NCBI RefSeq assembly: GCF_963921235.1 | Contig: NC_086097.1 | Coordinates: forward strand, 44,952,001-45,016,000 | DNA: 64,000 bases | Source of the DNA: Mobula hypostoma | Lineage: Eukaryota | Direction of reading: 5' to 3' | In this document: positions 1 through 11,466 of the stretch, piece after piece | Layout of the letters: the number at the start of each line of letters is the position of its first letter | Position numbering within the stretch: position 1 is the first letter of the stretch | The notes under the pieces: generated by a model | Seen by the model: the letters and a program-made list of their open reading frames with translations, nothing else | Told to the model about the DNA's origin: nothing | Databases searched by the model: none | Position numbers and translations under genes: made by a program

Positions 1-140
1 ATGAAAAAATATTAGTTCTCATCAGAATTTTATTATTTTAGATTTAAAGTGTTAGCAGTCACAAGAAATTAGTTGCACAAAGGTATATACAAGATGGAGA
101 TGTATAACATAGCTTGACAGACAATAAATGATCCAACAAC

Positions 141-350
141 AAAAATACTGTAGATGTTGAAAAATCTGAAATAAAACAGAAAATGATAAAAACACAGTGA
201 AGTAGTATCTGTGGAGAGAGAAACAGGGTTAATGACATCAGTCTAAAATGTTCATTTTGTTTCCCTCACCATGGTTGCTGCTAAATCTACTGAATGATTC
301 CACCCTCTAATTTTTATATTAGACTTCAAACATCTACAGCTTTTGCTTTT
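141..350. repeat. Old degenerate inverted pair of Penelope-type terminal sequences (hairpin remnant)
   Basis: ctgtagatgttg..tctgaaataaaa (~148-176) is roughly the reverse complement of ttttatattagacttcaaacatctacag (~312-339); both arms resemble the Penelope 3' end seen elsewhere in the window (gcagatgctgg...gcatctgtggagag). Confidence 0.55.
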
Positions 351-427
351 CACTTAAAGTTCAAAGTATAAATTTATTTAAAATTGTGTTACCATTTATA
401 TAAATTAATTGGTCTTTGTAAATTTTA

Positions 428-540
428 CAGTGCCTTGAAAAATTATTCTGCCCCCACAACTACTTTCACATTTTACCATCTCATCTTCTAAATGTAAAAT
501 CTATTGGTCAGATTTTTTTTTGAGCTAAACGACAATATAT
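428..540 (+). mobile_element. Tc1-like terminal fragment
   Basis: TA followed by cagtgccttgaaaaattattctgccccc, a typical Tc1 TIR start; no partner end found. Confidence 0.4.
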
Positions 541-3500
541 TGCACATCAGAATCAGATTCATATTTAATAGCACCCACATATGTTGTGAAACTTGCTACT
601 ATGCAGCACCAGAATAATAATTTTAAAAAAGTGTAGAGTCAAAGAGTCATTGAACAGTACAGAAGGTCCTTCAGCCCTTCTAGTCCATACCAAAACATTT
701 AATATGTCTACTCCCATCGACCTGTTCTGGGACTTTAGCACTCCACGCCCCTACTATCTGTGTATCTATCCAAACTTCTCTTAAACACATGCACTACTTT
801 TGCTGGCAGCTCGTTTCACACTCTCACAACCCTCTGAGTGAAGAGGTTTCTCCTCATGTTCCTCTTAAATTTTTCACCTTTCACCCTAAACCCATGACCT
901 CTAGTTGTTGTCCCACCCAACCTCAGTGGAAAAAGCCTGTTTGCATTTACCCTATCTATACCCCTCATAATTTTGCACACATCTATCAAATTTACTCTCT
1001 ATCTTCTACGTTCCAAGGAATAAGTCCTAACCTATTTAATCTTTTCTTACAACACAGGTCCTCCAATCCCAGCAACATCCTTGTAAATTTTCTCTTTATT
1101 CTTTCAACCTAATTTCTTGTAGGTGGGTGACCAAAACTGCACACAATACTCCAAATTAGACTTCGTCAACATCTCATACACCTTCAACATAACATCCCAA
1201 ATCCTGAACTTAATACTGTGATTGATGAAGGCCAATGTTCCAATGTTTATGACCCTATCTACCTGTGATGTCATGTCAATGAATTATGGACCTGTATTCC
1301 CAGATGGCTTTGTGCTACAGCGCTCCTCAGTGATCTAATGTTCACTGTGTATGACCTACCCTGCTTGGATCTACTGATGTGCAACACCTCACACTTGTCT
1401 GAATTAAATTCTATCTGCCAGTTGTCAGTACATTTTTCCAGAAGGTCCAGATCCCACTGCAAGCTCTGACAGTCTTCTTCACTGTGCACCCCCAACATTA
1501 GTCTCACCCAAAGATTTGCTGATCCAGTTAACCACATTATCACCCAGATCATTGATAAAGATGACAAACTACAACGGACCCAGCACCAGTCCCCACGGCA
1601 CTCCACTAGTCACAGGCCTCCAGTCAGAGTGGCAACCATATACTACCACTGTGGCTTCTCCCACAAAGCCAATGTCTAAACCAATTTATTACCTCATCTT
1701 GAATGCCAAGCAAATGAATCTTCTGAACCAACATCCCATGTGGGACCTTATCAAATGCTTTATAAACAACATCCATTGCCTTGCATCCATCAACTTTCCT
1801 CATAACTTCGTGGAAAAACTCTATAAGGTTTGTTAGACACGACCTACCACACATGAAACCATGCTGACTATCTTTAATCAGTCCATATCCATCCAAATAC
1901 TCATATATCCAGTCTTTTAGAATACTTTCCAATAACTTTCCCACTACTTAATTTCCTGGTTTATTTTTAGAGCCGTTCTTAAACAGTGCAACAACATTAG
2001 CCATCCTCCAATACCTTACCTGTTGCTAAGGATGATTGAAATATCTCTGCTAGGGCCCCAGCAATTTCTGCACCTGCCTTCCATAGGGTCCAAGGAACAC
2101 CTTGTCAGGCCCTGGGGATTTATCCACCCTAATCATGACAGCAACACCTCCTCCTCTGTAGTCTGTACAGGGTCCATGAAGTTGATGCTGCTTTGCCTCA
2201 CTTCTATAGACTCTGTGTCTGTCTCCTGAGTAAATAGAGATGCAAAGAATCTATTTAAGATCTCCCCCATCTCTCATGGCTCCACGCTTAGATTACCATT
2301 CTGATCTTCCATAGGACCAATTATGTCCCTTGCAATCATGTCCTTTTGCTCCTAAAATAATCTGTAGAATCCTTTAGGATTCTCCCTCACCTTGTCCACT
2401 ATGGCAACTTCTTGCCTTCTTTTAGCCTTCCGATTTCTTAAGTGGACTCTTGCATTTCTTATACTCCATAAGTACCTCATTTGTTCCTACCTGCCTATAC
2501 CTACTATGCACCTTTTTTTTTCTTAACCAGGGCCTCAATATCTCTGGAAAATCAAGGTTCCCCACATCTGTTATCTTTAACTTTTAATCTGTCACGTGCA
2601 TACAAACTCTGCACTCTCAAAGTTTCATTTTTGAAGGCCTCCCACTTACCAAATACACCTTAACCAGAAAACAGCCTGTCCCAATCCACACTTGCCAGAT
2701 CCTTTCTGATATCATCAAAATTGGCCTTTCTCCAATTTAGAACCTCAATCTGAGGACCAAACCTATCTTTTTCCATAATTACCTTGAAACTAATGGCATT
2801 ATGATCACAAGATGAAAGTGTTCCCCTACGCAAACTTCTGTCACCTGCCCTGTCTCATTCCCTAATAGCAAATCAAGTATTGCACACTCTTGTTGGGACT
2901 TCTGAACACTTCCCTGCACACATTTGACAAACTCTATCCCATCTAGTCCTTCTACAGTATGGGAGTCCCAGTCAGTATGTGGAAAGTTAAAAATCACCTA
3001 CTATAATAACCTTATGTTTCTTGCAACAGTCTGTGATCGCTCTACAAATTTGTTCCTCTAAATCCCACGGATTGTTGGGTGGTTTGTAATGTAGCCCCAT
3101 TAACGTGGTCATAACTTTCCTATTTCTCAGTTCCACTCATAAAGTCTCACTGGACAAGTTCTCCAATATGTCCAGACTGAGCACTGTCATGACATTTTCT
3201 CTGACTGGTAATGTCACCCCTCTTCTTTTAATGCCTCCCATTCTGTTGTGTCTAAACAACAAAACCCTGGAATATTGAGCTGCCAGACCTGCCCTCCTGC
3301 AACCAAGTGTCACTAATGGTTACAATATCATAATTCATGTGTTGATCCATGTCCTGAGCTCATCTGCCTTTCCTACAATACTTCCTGCATCGAAATATAC
3401 ACCACTCAGGATAGTAGTTGCACCATGCATAACCTTTTGATTCCTGACATTTTCTGAGGTCTTAATAACATGTCTCCACAACCTCTCCATGACCTGTTCT

Positions 3501-3685
3501 GGCACTCTGGTTCCCAACAACCTGCAACTCTATTTGAACTACCCACCACCCACCCCGGTGCAAACCTTCCTGCAAGGATATTAGACCCCTCCAACTCAGG
3601 TACAAACTGTCCTTTCTATATAGGCAACACACATAAAAGTTGCTAGTGAACGCAGCAGGCCAGGCAGCATCTCTAGGAAGAGGTG

Positions 3686-3727
3686 CAGTCGACGTTTCAG
3701 GCCGAGACCCTTCATCAGGACTAACTG
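3686..3727 (-). ncRNA. Minimal type I hammerhead ribozyme motif in Penelope repeat
   Basis: Minus strand reads agtc-CUGAUGA-agggucucggccu-GAAAC-GUC-gacu: conserved core, stem II, loopless palindromic stem III, stem I agtc/gact. Confidence 0.8.
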
Positions 3728-4830
3728 AAGGAAGAGTGAGTAAGGGATTTGAAAGTTGGAGGGGGAGGGGGAGATCCAAAATGATAGGAGAAGACAGGAG
3801 TGGGAGGAATGGAGCCAAGAGCTGGACAGGTGATAGGCAAAAGGGATACGAGAGGATCATGGGACAGGAGGTCCGGGAAGAAAGACAAGGGGGGGGGGGG
3901 ACCCAGAGGATGGGCAAGGGGTATATTCAAAGGGACAGAGGGAGAAAAAGGAGAGTGAGAGAAAGAATGTGTGTATAAAAATAAGTAACAGATGGGGTAC
4001 GAGGGGGAGGTGGGGCATTAGCGGAAGTTAGAGAAGTCGATGTTCATGCCATCAGGTTGGAGGCTACCCAGACGGAATATAAGGTGTTGTTCCTCCAACC
4101 TGAGTGTGGCTTCATCTTTACAGTAGAGGAGGCCGTGGATAGACATGTCAGAATGGGAATGGGATGTGGAATTAAAATATGTGGCCACTGGGAGATCCTG
4201 CTTTCTCTGGCGGACAGAGCGTAGGTGTTCAGCAAAGCGGTCTCCCAGTCTGCGTCAGGTCTCGCCAATATATAAAGGCCATATATTGGCGAGACCCGAC
4301 GTAGACTGGGAGACCGCTTTGCTGAACACCTACGCTCTGTCCACCAGAGAAAGCAGGATCTCCCAGTGGCCACACATTTTAATTCCACATCCCATTCCCA
4401 TTCTGACATGTCTATCCACGGCCTCCTCTACTGTAAAGATGAAGCCACACTCAGGTTGGAGGAACAACACCTTATATTCCGTCTGGGTAGCCTCCAACCT
4501 GATGGCATGAACATCGACTTCTCTAACTTCCGCTAATGCCCCACCTCCCCCTCGTACCCCATCTGTTACTTATTTTTATACACACATTCTTTCTCTCACT
4601 CTCCTTTTTCTTCCTCTGTCCCTCTGAATATACCCCTTGCCCATCCTCTAGGCTTCCCCCCCCTCCCCCTTTTCCTTCTCCCTGGGCCTCCTGTCCCATG
4701 ATCCTCTCATATCCTTTTTGCCAATCACCCGTCCAGCTCTTGGCTCTATCCCTCCCCCTCCTGTCTTCTCCTATCATTTTGGATCTCCCCCTCCCCCTCC
4801 AACTTTCAAATCCCTTACTCACTCTTCCTT

Positions 4831-4872
4831 CAGTTAGTCCTGACGAAGGGTCTCGGCCTGAAACGTCGACTG
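4831..4872 (+). ncRNA. Minimal type I hammerhead ribozyme motif in Penelope repeat
   Basis: cagttagtc-CTGACGA-agggtctcggcct-GAAAC-GTC-gactg; intact core. Confidence 0.82.
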
Positions 4873-5033
4873 CACCTCTTCCTAGAGATGCTGCCTGGCC
4901 TGCTGCGTTCACCAGCAACTTTTATGTGTGTTGCTTGAATTTCCAGCATCTGCAGAATTCCTGTTGTTTGCTTTTCTATATAGGTCCCACCTTCACTGGA
5001 AGAGACCCCAATGTTCTAAACATCTGACATCTT

Positions 5034-5180
5034 CCTCACGTGGGTTTCCTCTGGATGATCCAGTTTCCTCCCACATTCCAAAGATATACCGGTTGGTCAT
5101 TGTAAATAGTCCCGTGATTAGGTTAGGATTAAATTGGGGGATTGCCGGGTGGCGTGGCTTCCATGTTGCATCTCAATAAA
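5034..5180 (+). mobile_element. V-SINE (HE1-like) fragment
   Basis: gtgggtttcctctggatgatccagtttcctcccacattccaaaga resembles the conserved V-domain. Confidence 0.65.
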
Positions 5181-6177
5181 GAAATAAATAGATAGAAAGA
5201 TGGATAAAGCATCAACTATTTATTCCTTTCCATAGCTGCTGTCTGGCCTGCTGAATTTCTCCATCATTTTGTATGCGTTACTCTCGAAACAATATTCTGT
5301 GTCCTCAAGTCCAAATGCAGCACAGCTCATTAGAAGTTTTGTATAATAAATTTGATAATTAATTTTTGAAAGTACATAGGAATACATTGTATTTAAACTG
5401 TTCTTCAAACATTATTTGATAAAAAGATGCTGAGTGGCCATTAAGAAAGAGGGATATCACTCAAACAGATGTTAATAGCTCCACAAATTACAGAGCCATT
5501 CTTTACCATTTCAAGTTTCTCACTTTATTTAAGTAACATTAAAAATATGGCTATTTGATTGCATCTTGTAAGTCATAATTTAATTTTGTCATTGTTCAAC
5601 TTTTTAAACAAAATTAATCACTTTCTTTAAGAAAAGCATTTTATTTTTAAATTGGCAGCTTAAAAATAATTCAGAGAAGGTACTTTTCCATCTATGAAAA
5701 ATATTGGAGAGAAATTATAGAAATATACATGGCATCTACATATCTGGAGAGACACTACAATAACTAATATTTTGCATGCATGTAGTTAAATTTGAATAGT
5801 TATTTATGTTCCTACTCTGGAATAGTGATGACAACTATATATGTACAGTACTTAAAACATATTTAAACTTCCACACATTTAGTGATGTAACCTATAAGAC
5901 TATGCACTGGAAGTTGGATTAGTCTCAGTAGCCCTTTGGCCAAAATGTTGAACTAAATAACCTCTTTCAATACTGTACAACAGGTGCAATCAAACTCACC
6001 TTTGTAGCTGGAACTTGTACTCTGTATCTTGAGTACTCTGGAGCTAGTCATCTTTTCTTACAGATATGGAACTCTAGTGTTGGCTAGACTGAACTATGAA
6101 CTAAGAATGCTTTTCCACATAGTTTTCTGTAATGAAGAGCCAATCCTACATCCTTTAAAGTCCAAGTCATATCTCTT

Positions 6178-6392
6178 TTGTTGTTGTTGTTGAGTGACAT
6201 CGAGTCGTTGTTGACTTATGGTGACCCAACAGATAGCGCAGCTGCCCATAGGGTTTTTATGGCGAGATACAGAAGTAGATTGCCAGGCCTTTCTTTCACG
6301 CAGATACTGCTGTTGCCCAGGCTGGGACCTGGCCAGATTCAAACTCGGGACCATCCACCTTGAAGTCCAGTGCTGATGCCACTGGCTGGCCC
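6178..6392 (-). mobile_element. tRNA-derived SINE with RTE-type 3' tail and (CAA)n end
   Basis: Head gggccagccagtggcatc..gagtttgaatc (degenerate A/B boxes), tail gggtcaccataagtcaacaacgactcgatgtcactcaacaacaac; TSD tcatatctctt (6167-6177) / ttgtatctctt (6393-6403). Confidence 0.8.
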
Positions 6393-6447
6393 TTGTATCT
6401 CTTACATGCTCCATATAAACTAACATTTGTCAACAAAATTGAAATTA

Positions 6448-7396
6448 TAAACAAGAGAAAATCTCCAGATGCTGGAAATCCAAGCAACACACACAAAGTG
6501 CTGGAGGAACTCAGCAGGCCAAGCAGCATCTATGGAAAAAAAGAACAGTTGACGTTTTGGGCCAAGACCATTCTGCAGGACGAGGAAAAAAATATGATGA
6601 GTAGGTTTAAAAGGTGGAGGGGAGGGGAGGGAGAAACACAGGTGAAACCCGGAAGGGACAGACGAAGTAAAAAGCTGGGAAGTTGCTGGATGAGAAAGAC
6701 ACATGGCTGAGAAGGGGGAATCTAATATTAAGGCAGAAGGCCATGGAAGATAGAAAAGGGGGGTGTGAGAGAGGAACATCAGAGAGAGACAATGGGCAGG
6801 CAAGGAGATAAGGTGAGAGAGGAAAAAGGGGATGGGGAATGATGAAGCGGGGGGCATTAGCGGAGTTTTGCGAAATCGATGTTCATGCCATCAGGTCGGA
6901 GCCTACCCAGACGGAATACAAGGTGCTGTTCCTCCAACCTGAGTGTGGCCTCATCGCGACAGTAGTGAAGGCCGTGGACTGACATAACAGAATGGGAATA
7001 GGAAGTGGAGTTAAAGTGGGTGGCCACTGGGAGATCCTGCTTCTTCTGGCGGATGCAGTGTCGGTGCCCAGCAAAGCAGTCTCCCAATCTACATAAGGTC
7101 TCACCGATATACAGGGGGCTATGCTGGAAGCACCGTACACAGTATATGACCCCAACAGACTCACAAGTGAAGTGTCACCTCACCTGGAAGGATTGTTTGG
7201 GGCCCTGAGTGGTAGTGAGGGAGGAGGTGTGGGGGCAGGTGTGGCACTTGTTCCACTTGCAAGGATAAGTGCCAGGAGGGAGATCATAGGGGAGGGATGA
7301 ACGGACACGGGAGTCGCATGGGATCCCTGTGGAACTCAGAAAGTGGGGGGGGGGGAGAGGGAAAGATGTGCTTGGTGGTGGGGTCTCATTGGAGAT
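6448..7396 (-). mobile_element. Older Penelope-like element, 5'-truncated
   Basis: GIY-YIG pieces PPGTYPCKWNKCHTCPH and DLPVATHFNSTS..LEEQHLVFRLG; tailed 3' repeat; decayed hammerhead at ~6546-6581. Confidence 0.9.
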
Positions 7397-7934
7397 CTCA
7401 TCCATCTTTGGTTTCGTCCATGCCCACTTCTTCCAGGTATTGCCATATGTCTCTATCTCCCCTGTTTCCTCTAGTAGGGACTCTAATTACTGATCTTGCC
7501 TAGCTTTTCTCCAATTTTCTTTCATGCCTTATGGACAGTAATACCCACTAATTCTGACAATAATCAAATTAACAGTATCTTTAATATTTAAAAATATCAC
7601 TGGCATGAGCAGAAGCAAACACATATATAATGCCAAGATGCAGAAAGAGTTGTGTCCACACTTTACCAAAGTATTCAGCACAGGTCAGCTTTAAGGAGCA
7701 TCTTAAGAAGATTAAGGTGTTACAGATTTGGCAAAGGAATTCCTGACATTAGGATCAAAGCAATTTAAAGTAAGGCTACATGTAATTCTGTAACCTGTGT
7801 TACAGTTACATGGTACTGATCAAGAACTTCTCATCTTGTTCAGTAAGCAAGGTGATCAGCCATAAAGCTGTGTGGCACCAAAATTGTGCCCCTTGGCCCA
7901 CCATGCCCATGCCCCACCTTTTGCTTATTTACAC

Positions 7935-8920
7935 AAATCCCATTTGCCTGTGTTAAGTCTGTATCCTTCTATGCTTTGCTAATTTAGTGCCCATATCGAT
8001 GTCTCTTACATCAATTTTTTGTTTTGATGTGAAGATTGATACCCTAATGCGACACCAAATACGTTTTTGTATAAGTAAGAGGGGTAGGCGCAATAAGCTG
8101 TAGCTTAAGCCTACACACCTTTGGTCTGTTTTAAAGAATATCTATGTTTTTGTTGTTTTATGAAATCATCGTTGAGAATGATTTTTTTTGTTATGTTTGT
8201 ACTGACCAAAATAAATAAAATTTCATTCATTCATATAGTGACTGTATCTGATTCCACCATCTCTGTGGTCAATATGTTCAGGTATCAACCACTCTCAGTT
8301 TAAAACAAAACTTTCCCATTAAAACCCTCATTAAAACTCTGCCTTTCATATTCTTATGTACTTCCATCAGGTCACCCCTCTCTCAACCTTCTTTGATCCA
8401 CGGAAAACAAATCCAGCCCATTCAATCTCTCTATATCTGGGTAATATCCTGGTGAATCTCCTCTGCACCCTGTCTAGCACACCACATTCATCCTACACTG
8501 TAGCTACCAGAATTGCACATGGTCGTCCAAGTGCAGTCCAACTAGTATTTTCTAAAGTTGTAACATAGCAGCTTAACTTTTATATTCTATGCCCTGAGCG
8601 ATGAAGAAAAGCAAGCCATATGCCTTCTTCACAACACTCAATCTACCTGTGTTGTTACTTACAGGGAACAATTGAACACCAAAGTCCATCTATGCATCAA
8701 CAGTACTAGTATCCTACTACCTACTCTAGAAGTTACACCCCTATTTTACTTCCCAAAATTAAAATCCTTGCATTCATCAGAATTAAATTAAATTCCACCT
8801 GCCATTGCTCTGCCCAACTTTCCATCTGATCTATATTCTGCTATCTATTCCGCCTACCTTCCTCACGAACCACAACACCCTAACTTTGTGTCATCTGCAG
8901 TTTTACTAATCTCACATCCT
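7935..8920 (-). mobile_element. Old CR1 3' fragment, interrupted at ~8012-8234
   Basis: Degenerate CR1 RT-end motifs (atcctggtgaatctcctctgcaccctg; tgtgtcatctgcag = ADDT on the minus strand). Confidence 0.65.
8012..8234 (+). mobile_element. 3' end of a LINE (L2/Crack-like) with stem-loop and (TTCA)n tail
   Basis: gtaggc..taagct/agctta..gcctac hairpin at 8084-8114, aataaa, then ttcattcattcat; sits inside a CR1. Confidence 0.45.
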
Positions 8921-9878
8921 ACTTCCTTCTATTCAGGCCTCTCGTTCTTCAAATCATAACCATCAACTTTCCATAAACACATACCATACCCTGTCTCTTT
9001 ATCTCCGTAAACTAGACCTAAATATGAATGTATTAATATTCATAATAATGCACATCTTTCTTGTAACTCTACTCTTAAATTAGTTGCCCTCCAAGCCGCA
9101 CACCAACCTCTCTTGGAAATACAGGTTTCCCCCGCCATCCAAAGGTAGAGTGTTCCTATGAAATGGTTCGTAAGCCGAAATGTCGTAAAGCGAAGAAGCA
9201 ATTACCATTTATTTATATGGGAAAAATTTGTGAGCGTTTGCAGCCCCAAAAATAACCTACCAAATCATGCCAAATAACACATAAAATCTAAAATAACAGT
9301 AACATATAGTAAAAGAAGGAACGATATAATAAATACACAGCCTACATAAGGTAGAAATACTTTTCCACAATCATTACTGCACTGTTCTCCATAGCGAAAA
9401 TCTCACGCAAACGCCGTCGGCAGAAAATCTCACGCAAGCGTTGTTGGCAAAAACACACCACAAGCACTCTCCAGTAACCCTTGAGCTATGAAGCTGACAA
9501 ATCATACCAAATAACACATAAAAATACACAGCCTATATAAAGTAGAAATAATGTATGTACAGTGTAGTATCACTTACGGGAATCAGGAAGACAGCGCCGA
9601 ACACACTGATGATGGTGTGTTAGACTGAGTCGTCGCAGGCTGGGGTGGTGTAGTGGCCCCCACCTTCCAGGCCGCTGAGCGATACATTGTCACGAAGCAT
9701 GCAGGGGTGCAGCAGTAGCCGGGAGGCACACAGCACATCCTTAAGAAAAAAGCCGAAATAAACATGCTAATTAATTTGGTGCCGCCCAGCACGCAATTGT
9801 CGGCCCAGGTCAGTGCCGATTTCCAATTGCATCGTCTCTGATCTGGCCGACATTTAAGTGTCGGGCAGCACCTAATTA

Positions 9879-11466
9879 CAAACCCCATTTCCAGAAAAGT
9901 TGGGATATTTCCCAAAATGCAATAAAAACAAAAATCTGTGATATGTTAGTTCACATGAACCTTTATTTAACTGACAAAAGTACAAAGAAAAGATTTTCAA
10001 TAGTTTTACTGACCAACTTAATTGTATTTTGTAAATATACACAAATTTAGAATTTGATGGCTGCAACACACTCAACAAAAGTTGGGACAGAGTTAAAATA
10101 AGATTGAAAAGTGCACAGAATATTCAAGTAACACCGGTTTTGAAGATTCCACATTAAGCAGGCTAATTGGTAGCAGGTGAGGTATCATGACTGGGTATAA
10201 AAGTAGTGTCCATCAAAGGCTCAGTCTTTGCAAGCAAGGATGGGTCGTGGCTCACCCCTTTGTGCCAAAGTTCGTGAGAGAATTGTTAGTCAGTTCAAAA
10301 GGAACATTTCTCAACGCAAGATTGCAGAGAATTTAGGTCTTTCAACATCTACAGTACATAATATTGTGAAAAGATTCAGAGAATTCAGAGACATCTCAGT
10401 GCGTAAAGGGCAAGGTCGGAAACCACTGTTGAATGTGTGTGATCTTCGAGCCCTCAGGCGGCACTGCCTAAGAAACCGCCATGCTACTGTGACAACTATA
10501 GCCACCTGGGCTCAGGAGTACTTCGGAAAACCATTGTCACTCAACACAGTCTGTCGCTGCATCCAGAAATGCAACTTGAAACTGTATTACGCAAGGAGGA
10601 AGCCATACATGAACTCTATGCAAAAACGCCGGCGAGTTCTCTGGGCCCGAGCTCATCTCAGATGGACCGAAAGACTCTGGAACGGTGTGCTGTGGTCAGA
10701 TGAGTCCACATTTCAGCTAGTTTTCGGAAAAAACGGGCGTCAAGTTCTCCGTGCCAAAGATGAAAACGACCATCCAGATTGTTATCAGCGAAAGGTGCAA
10801 AAGCCAGCATCTGTGATGGTATGGGGGTGCATCAGTGCCCACGGCATGGGTGAGTTGCATGTATGTGAAGGTACCATTGACTCTGAGGCGTATATTAGGA
10901 TTTTAGAGAGACATATGGTGCCATCAAGGCGATGTCTCTTCCCGGGACGTCCATGCTTATTTCAGCAGGACAATGCCAGACCGCATTCTGCACGGTCTAC
11001 AACAGCGTGGCTTTGTAGACACAGAGTGTGTGTGCTTGACTGGCCTGCTGCCAGTCCAGATCTATCTCCTATTGAAAATGTATGGGAATCAGACAACGGA
11101 GACCACGGGCTGTCGAGCAGCTGAAGTCTTACATCAAGCAAGAATGGACAAAATTTCCAATTGCAAACCTACTACAATTAGTATCCTCAGTTCCAAAACG
11201 ATTAAAAAGTGTTATTAAAAGGAAAGGTGATATAACACAATGGTAAACATGCCTCTGTCCCAACTTTTGTTGAGTGTGTTGCAGCCATCAAATTCTAAAT
11301 TTGTGTATGTTTACAAAATACAATTAAGTTGGACAGTAAAACTATTGAAAATCTTTTCTTTGTACTTTTGTCAGTTAAATAAAGATTCATGTGAATTAAA
11401 ATATCACAGATTTTTGTTTTTATTGCATTTTGAAAAATATCCCAACTTTTCTGGAAATGGGGTTTG
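9879..11466 (+). mobile_element. Near full-length Tc1-family transposon (IR/DR type), 1588 bp
   Basis: 214-bp TIRs at 9879-10092 and 11253-11466 (about 7 mismatches by eye), inner and outer aaaagttggga direct repeats, TA TSD. Confidence 0.96.
10240..11246 (+). pseudogene. Tc1 DD34E transposase with a frameshifting deletion after ENVW
   Basis: MGRG..paired-like HTH, GRKP linker, WSDES, QQDNARPH..SPDLSPIE (34 residues between D and E); the C-terminus IRQRRPRAVEQLK..GDITQW* lies in another frame, ending at TAA 11244-11246. Confidence 0.93.

Larger units (their letters stand above)
3625..4972. mobile_element. Penelope-like element, inverted (palindromic) insertion of two ~650-bp arms
   Basis: Arms 3625-4273 (-) and 4281-4934 (+) are reverse complements around a 7-nt spacer aaaggcc; each encodes the GIY-YIG C-terminus (YIGETRRRLGDRFAEH..LEEQHLIFRLG); 12-bp TSD tttctatatagg at 3613-3624 and 4973-4984. 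Confidence 0.95.
634..5027 (-). mobile_element. Decayed CR1 LINE (end of ORF1 esterase, APE, RT, 3' tail), interrupted by a Penelope insertion at 3625-4972
   Basis: Minus-strand ORF pieces SQHGFMCGRSCLTNLIEFF/KAFDKVPH (RT), FNFPHTDW..ILDLLLGN (APE), VYFDAGSIVGKADEL; the esterase motif LEHWGLFQ*RWDLYRKDSLYLSW is reconstituted across the insertion. Confidence 0.92.

Noticed and set aside
3640..3978. Recurrent ORF MLVNAAGQAAS.. (also at 4523, 13053, 25787, 46472, 59818) as a small gene family
   Set aside because: Antisense reading of the Penelope terminal repeat; lengths and frames vary with G-run indels
3625..4934. Palindrome as a sequencing or assembly fold-back artefact
   Set aside because: Flanked by a 12-bp TSD, the host CR1 continues across it, and the arms differ by substitutions and a variant block
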